A stretch of 64,000 nucleotides of DNA from the human T2T-CHM13v2.0 reference genome, Homo sapiens. The position numbers and the translations under genes were made by a program. The notes under the pieces are model-generated. The model was given only the letters and a program-made list of their open reading frames with translations. It searched no databases and had not been told where the DNA came from. Below are positions 61,986-64,000 of this stretch, piece after piece. The DNA lies in assembly GCF_009914755.1 (NCBI RefSeq), contig NC_060942.1. One strand, 5' to 3'. Positions within the stretch are counted from its first letter, which is position 1; each line of letters begins with the position of its first letter.

Positions 61986-62849
61986 CTGTATCTAGGGGCT
62001 GGAAGACTGGATGCTGCACCTGCCAGAAACCCTGGCAGCGGGATTCCAAATGAGATTCTGTCAACCAAAGGCACTTGCATGAGGTCTGGAAATCAGAAGA
62101 GAAGTAGGATTTCATTTCTGTCAAACTGACAGTCACAATTGTCACAATTCCACTTGTGGAAATGTATGCTTGTTGTTCTTCTTTAGCTGTGGTGAGTAGA
62201 TGTGAGGACTTTACACAGAGGCGACTTGAAGCAGCCTCCTTTCTGGGATCTTCCCGGAAACTCCCTGCACCCGGGCTGGAGACAGCTGTAGATGGGCCAG
62301 TGGATTCTTCCAGTGCTGGAACTTCTGACTTGTTGAAACCTCCAAGTCAATCTGAACTCAGGAGACTCCTTCAAGCCTGTGCATGCAGGCCTTCAGATTC
62401 ACAGCTCCCTCACCCTCTGTTTTAAATGCTATTCTGAATAAGTGTCTAGATTTTTTTCCTTCTTCCCGACTAGCCTTTAACTGATACCTCAGGTCTAATA
62501 CATTGCTAGAGAGGGAAATGTCAGTCAGCCTTGTTGAAAGGGAAACCGAGGTGAATGTGGCCACTGCCTGGGGTTCCCACCCACAGCTCCTCTGCCCACT
62601 GCAGGCACACAGTACAGCATATCCTCTTTCCCTGTCCCTCCAGGACGATGCTGCGGCTCTGACAGAGCATCCTCAGGGAAAGGTCCAGAGGCAGAAAAGC
62701 ACAACCCGTTCCTTCCTGTGAGGCTCCTTCACCAGCAAGAAAAACCTTCACTGCAGACGCTTTCGTGCCTCCTTGGCCAGAACTGATCTCATCTATATCT
62801 ATTTTACCTGTCACGAAATCACAAACTACCCCAAAGTTTAGTGGCCTAC

Positions 62850-63374
62850 TAGTGGTCCCCAACCTTTTTGGCACCAGGGACCAATTTCGTGGAAGAAAAT
62901 TTTTCCACAGACCAGGGAGAGGGGATGGTTTCGGGATGATCCAAACACATTACCTTTATTGTGCACTTTATTTCTATTATTATTACGTTGTAATATATAA
63001 TGAAATAATCATACAACTCACCATAATGTAGAATCAGTGGGAGCCCTGAGCTTGTTTTCCTGCAACTAGACAATCCCATCTGTGGGTGATGGGAGACAGT
63101 GACTGATCATCAGGCATTAGATTCTCATAATGAGGCTGCAGCCTAGATCCTTCACACGCAGTTCACAATAGGGTTCGTGCTCCTATGAGAATCTAATGCT
63201 GCTGCTGATCTGACAGGAGGCGGAGCTCAGGTGGTAATGTGAGCAACAGCGAGCAGCTGTAAATACAGATGCAGCTTCACTTGCTCTAGCGCCGCTCACA
63301 TCCTGCTGTGCGGCCTGGTTCCTAAAAGGCCACAGACTGGTATCAGTCAACTGCCTGGGGGCTGGGGACACCTG
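62850..63374 (+). mobile_element. MER1A-like hAT-Charlie element
   Basis: agtggtccccaacctttttggcaccagggacc...ggggctggggacacctg, ~525 bp, inserted in an MLT1-like remnant. Confidence 0.88.
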
Positions 63375-63526
63375 GCTTAAACAAAAGCAGCTCATAATTT
63401 TGCAGGGCAGCTATCTGGGCAGTTCTGCACTGCTCTTATCTCTTTCTCTGTGTCTGTCTCATCTAGCAGTTCCTCGGTTTCTCTCTCTCTCTCTCTGTCT
63501 GGCACAATGTAGGTATTAAGAGCTGC

Positions 63527-64000
63527 TGTATTCATTCTCTACATGCCACTGTAAATTACCACAAATTTAGTAGTTTAAATAAAAATAAATGTTAGGTCAG
63601 GAGTCCAGTGTGGGTCTCACAGAGCTCAAATGGAAGTAGCAGCAGGGCTGTGTGCCCTTCTGAAGGCTCCAGGCAAGAGGGAACCTGCTCCCTGCCTCTG
63701 CCAGCTTCTGGAGGCAGCTGCTTTCCTTGGCTCATGGCCCCACTCCATCTCTAAGTCTGCAGCATGGCACTGACCTGAACCTTCTTCCCTCTTCACATCT
63801 CCTGCTGACTCCACTCTGCCTCCCTCATCCACTTTAAAGACTCTGGGATTACACTAGGCAAATTTGAATAATCCAGGCTAAACTAATCTCTCCACCTCAA
63901 GGTCCTTAACCTTAGTCACATGTGCAAAGTCCTTTTTGTCATGAAAAGTCATATATTTACAGGTTCCAGGGATTCGGATATGGATATCCTTGGGAGGGTC
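63527..64000 (-). mobile_element. MaLR LTR (MLT1C/D-like), runs to the window edge
   Basis: aaattaccacaaatttagtagtttaaa...ggtcaggagtcc...gcaaagtcctttttgtcatg...acaggttccagggattcgga. Confidence 0.8.

Overview
Human (primate) genomic DNA containing the 5' part of CD226 (DNAM-1/PTA1) on the minus strand. Visible parts are a putative non-coding first exon (donor at 51804), the ATG/signal-peptide exon (42423-42495) and the first IgV-domain exon (41796-42131). These are followed by at least 41.8 kb of intron running off the left edge; the remaining exons lie outside the window. The rest is largely transposable elements: about 14 Alu-family elements, L1 fragments including a 3-kb L1PA, a full-length THE1 provirus, MLT/MER/Tigger elements, MIR/L2 and microsatellites. 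Nearly all other ORFs in the track are spurious or repeat-derived. I found no evidence of a new multi-gene system. The best leads are: (i) a spliced, out-of-frame 57-codon overlapping uORF with a hydrophobic segment in the CD226 leader; (ii) an unexplained 126-bp gap-free direct repeat with a wobble-preserved hairpin; (iii) a perfect 31-bp promoter duplication carrying a STAT6-type palindrome; (iv) a T-box/RUNX/ETS/FOX motif cluster in the large intron; and (v) several mechanistically informative retrotransposon structures. Repeat subfamily calls come from recalled consensus motifs, not from a database run.
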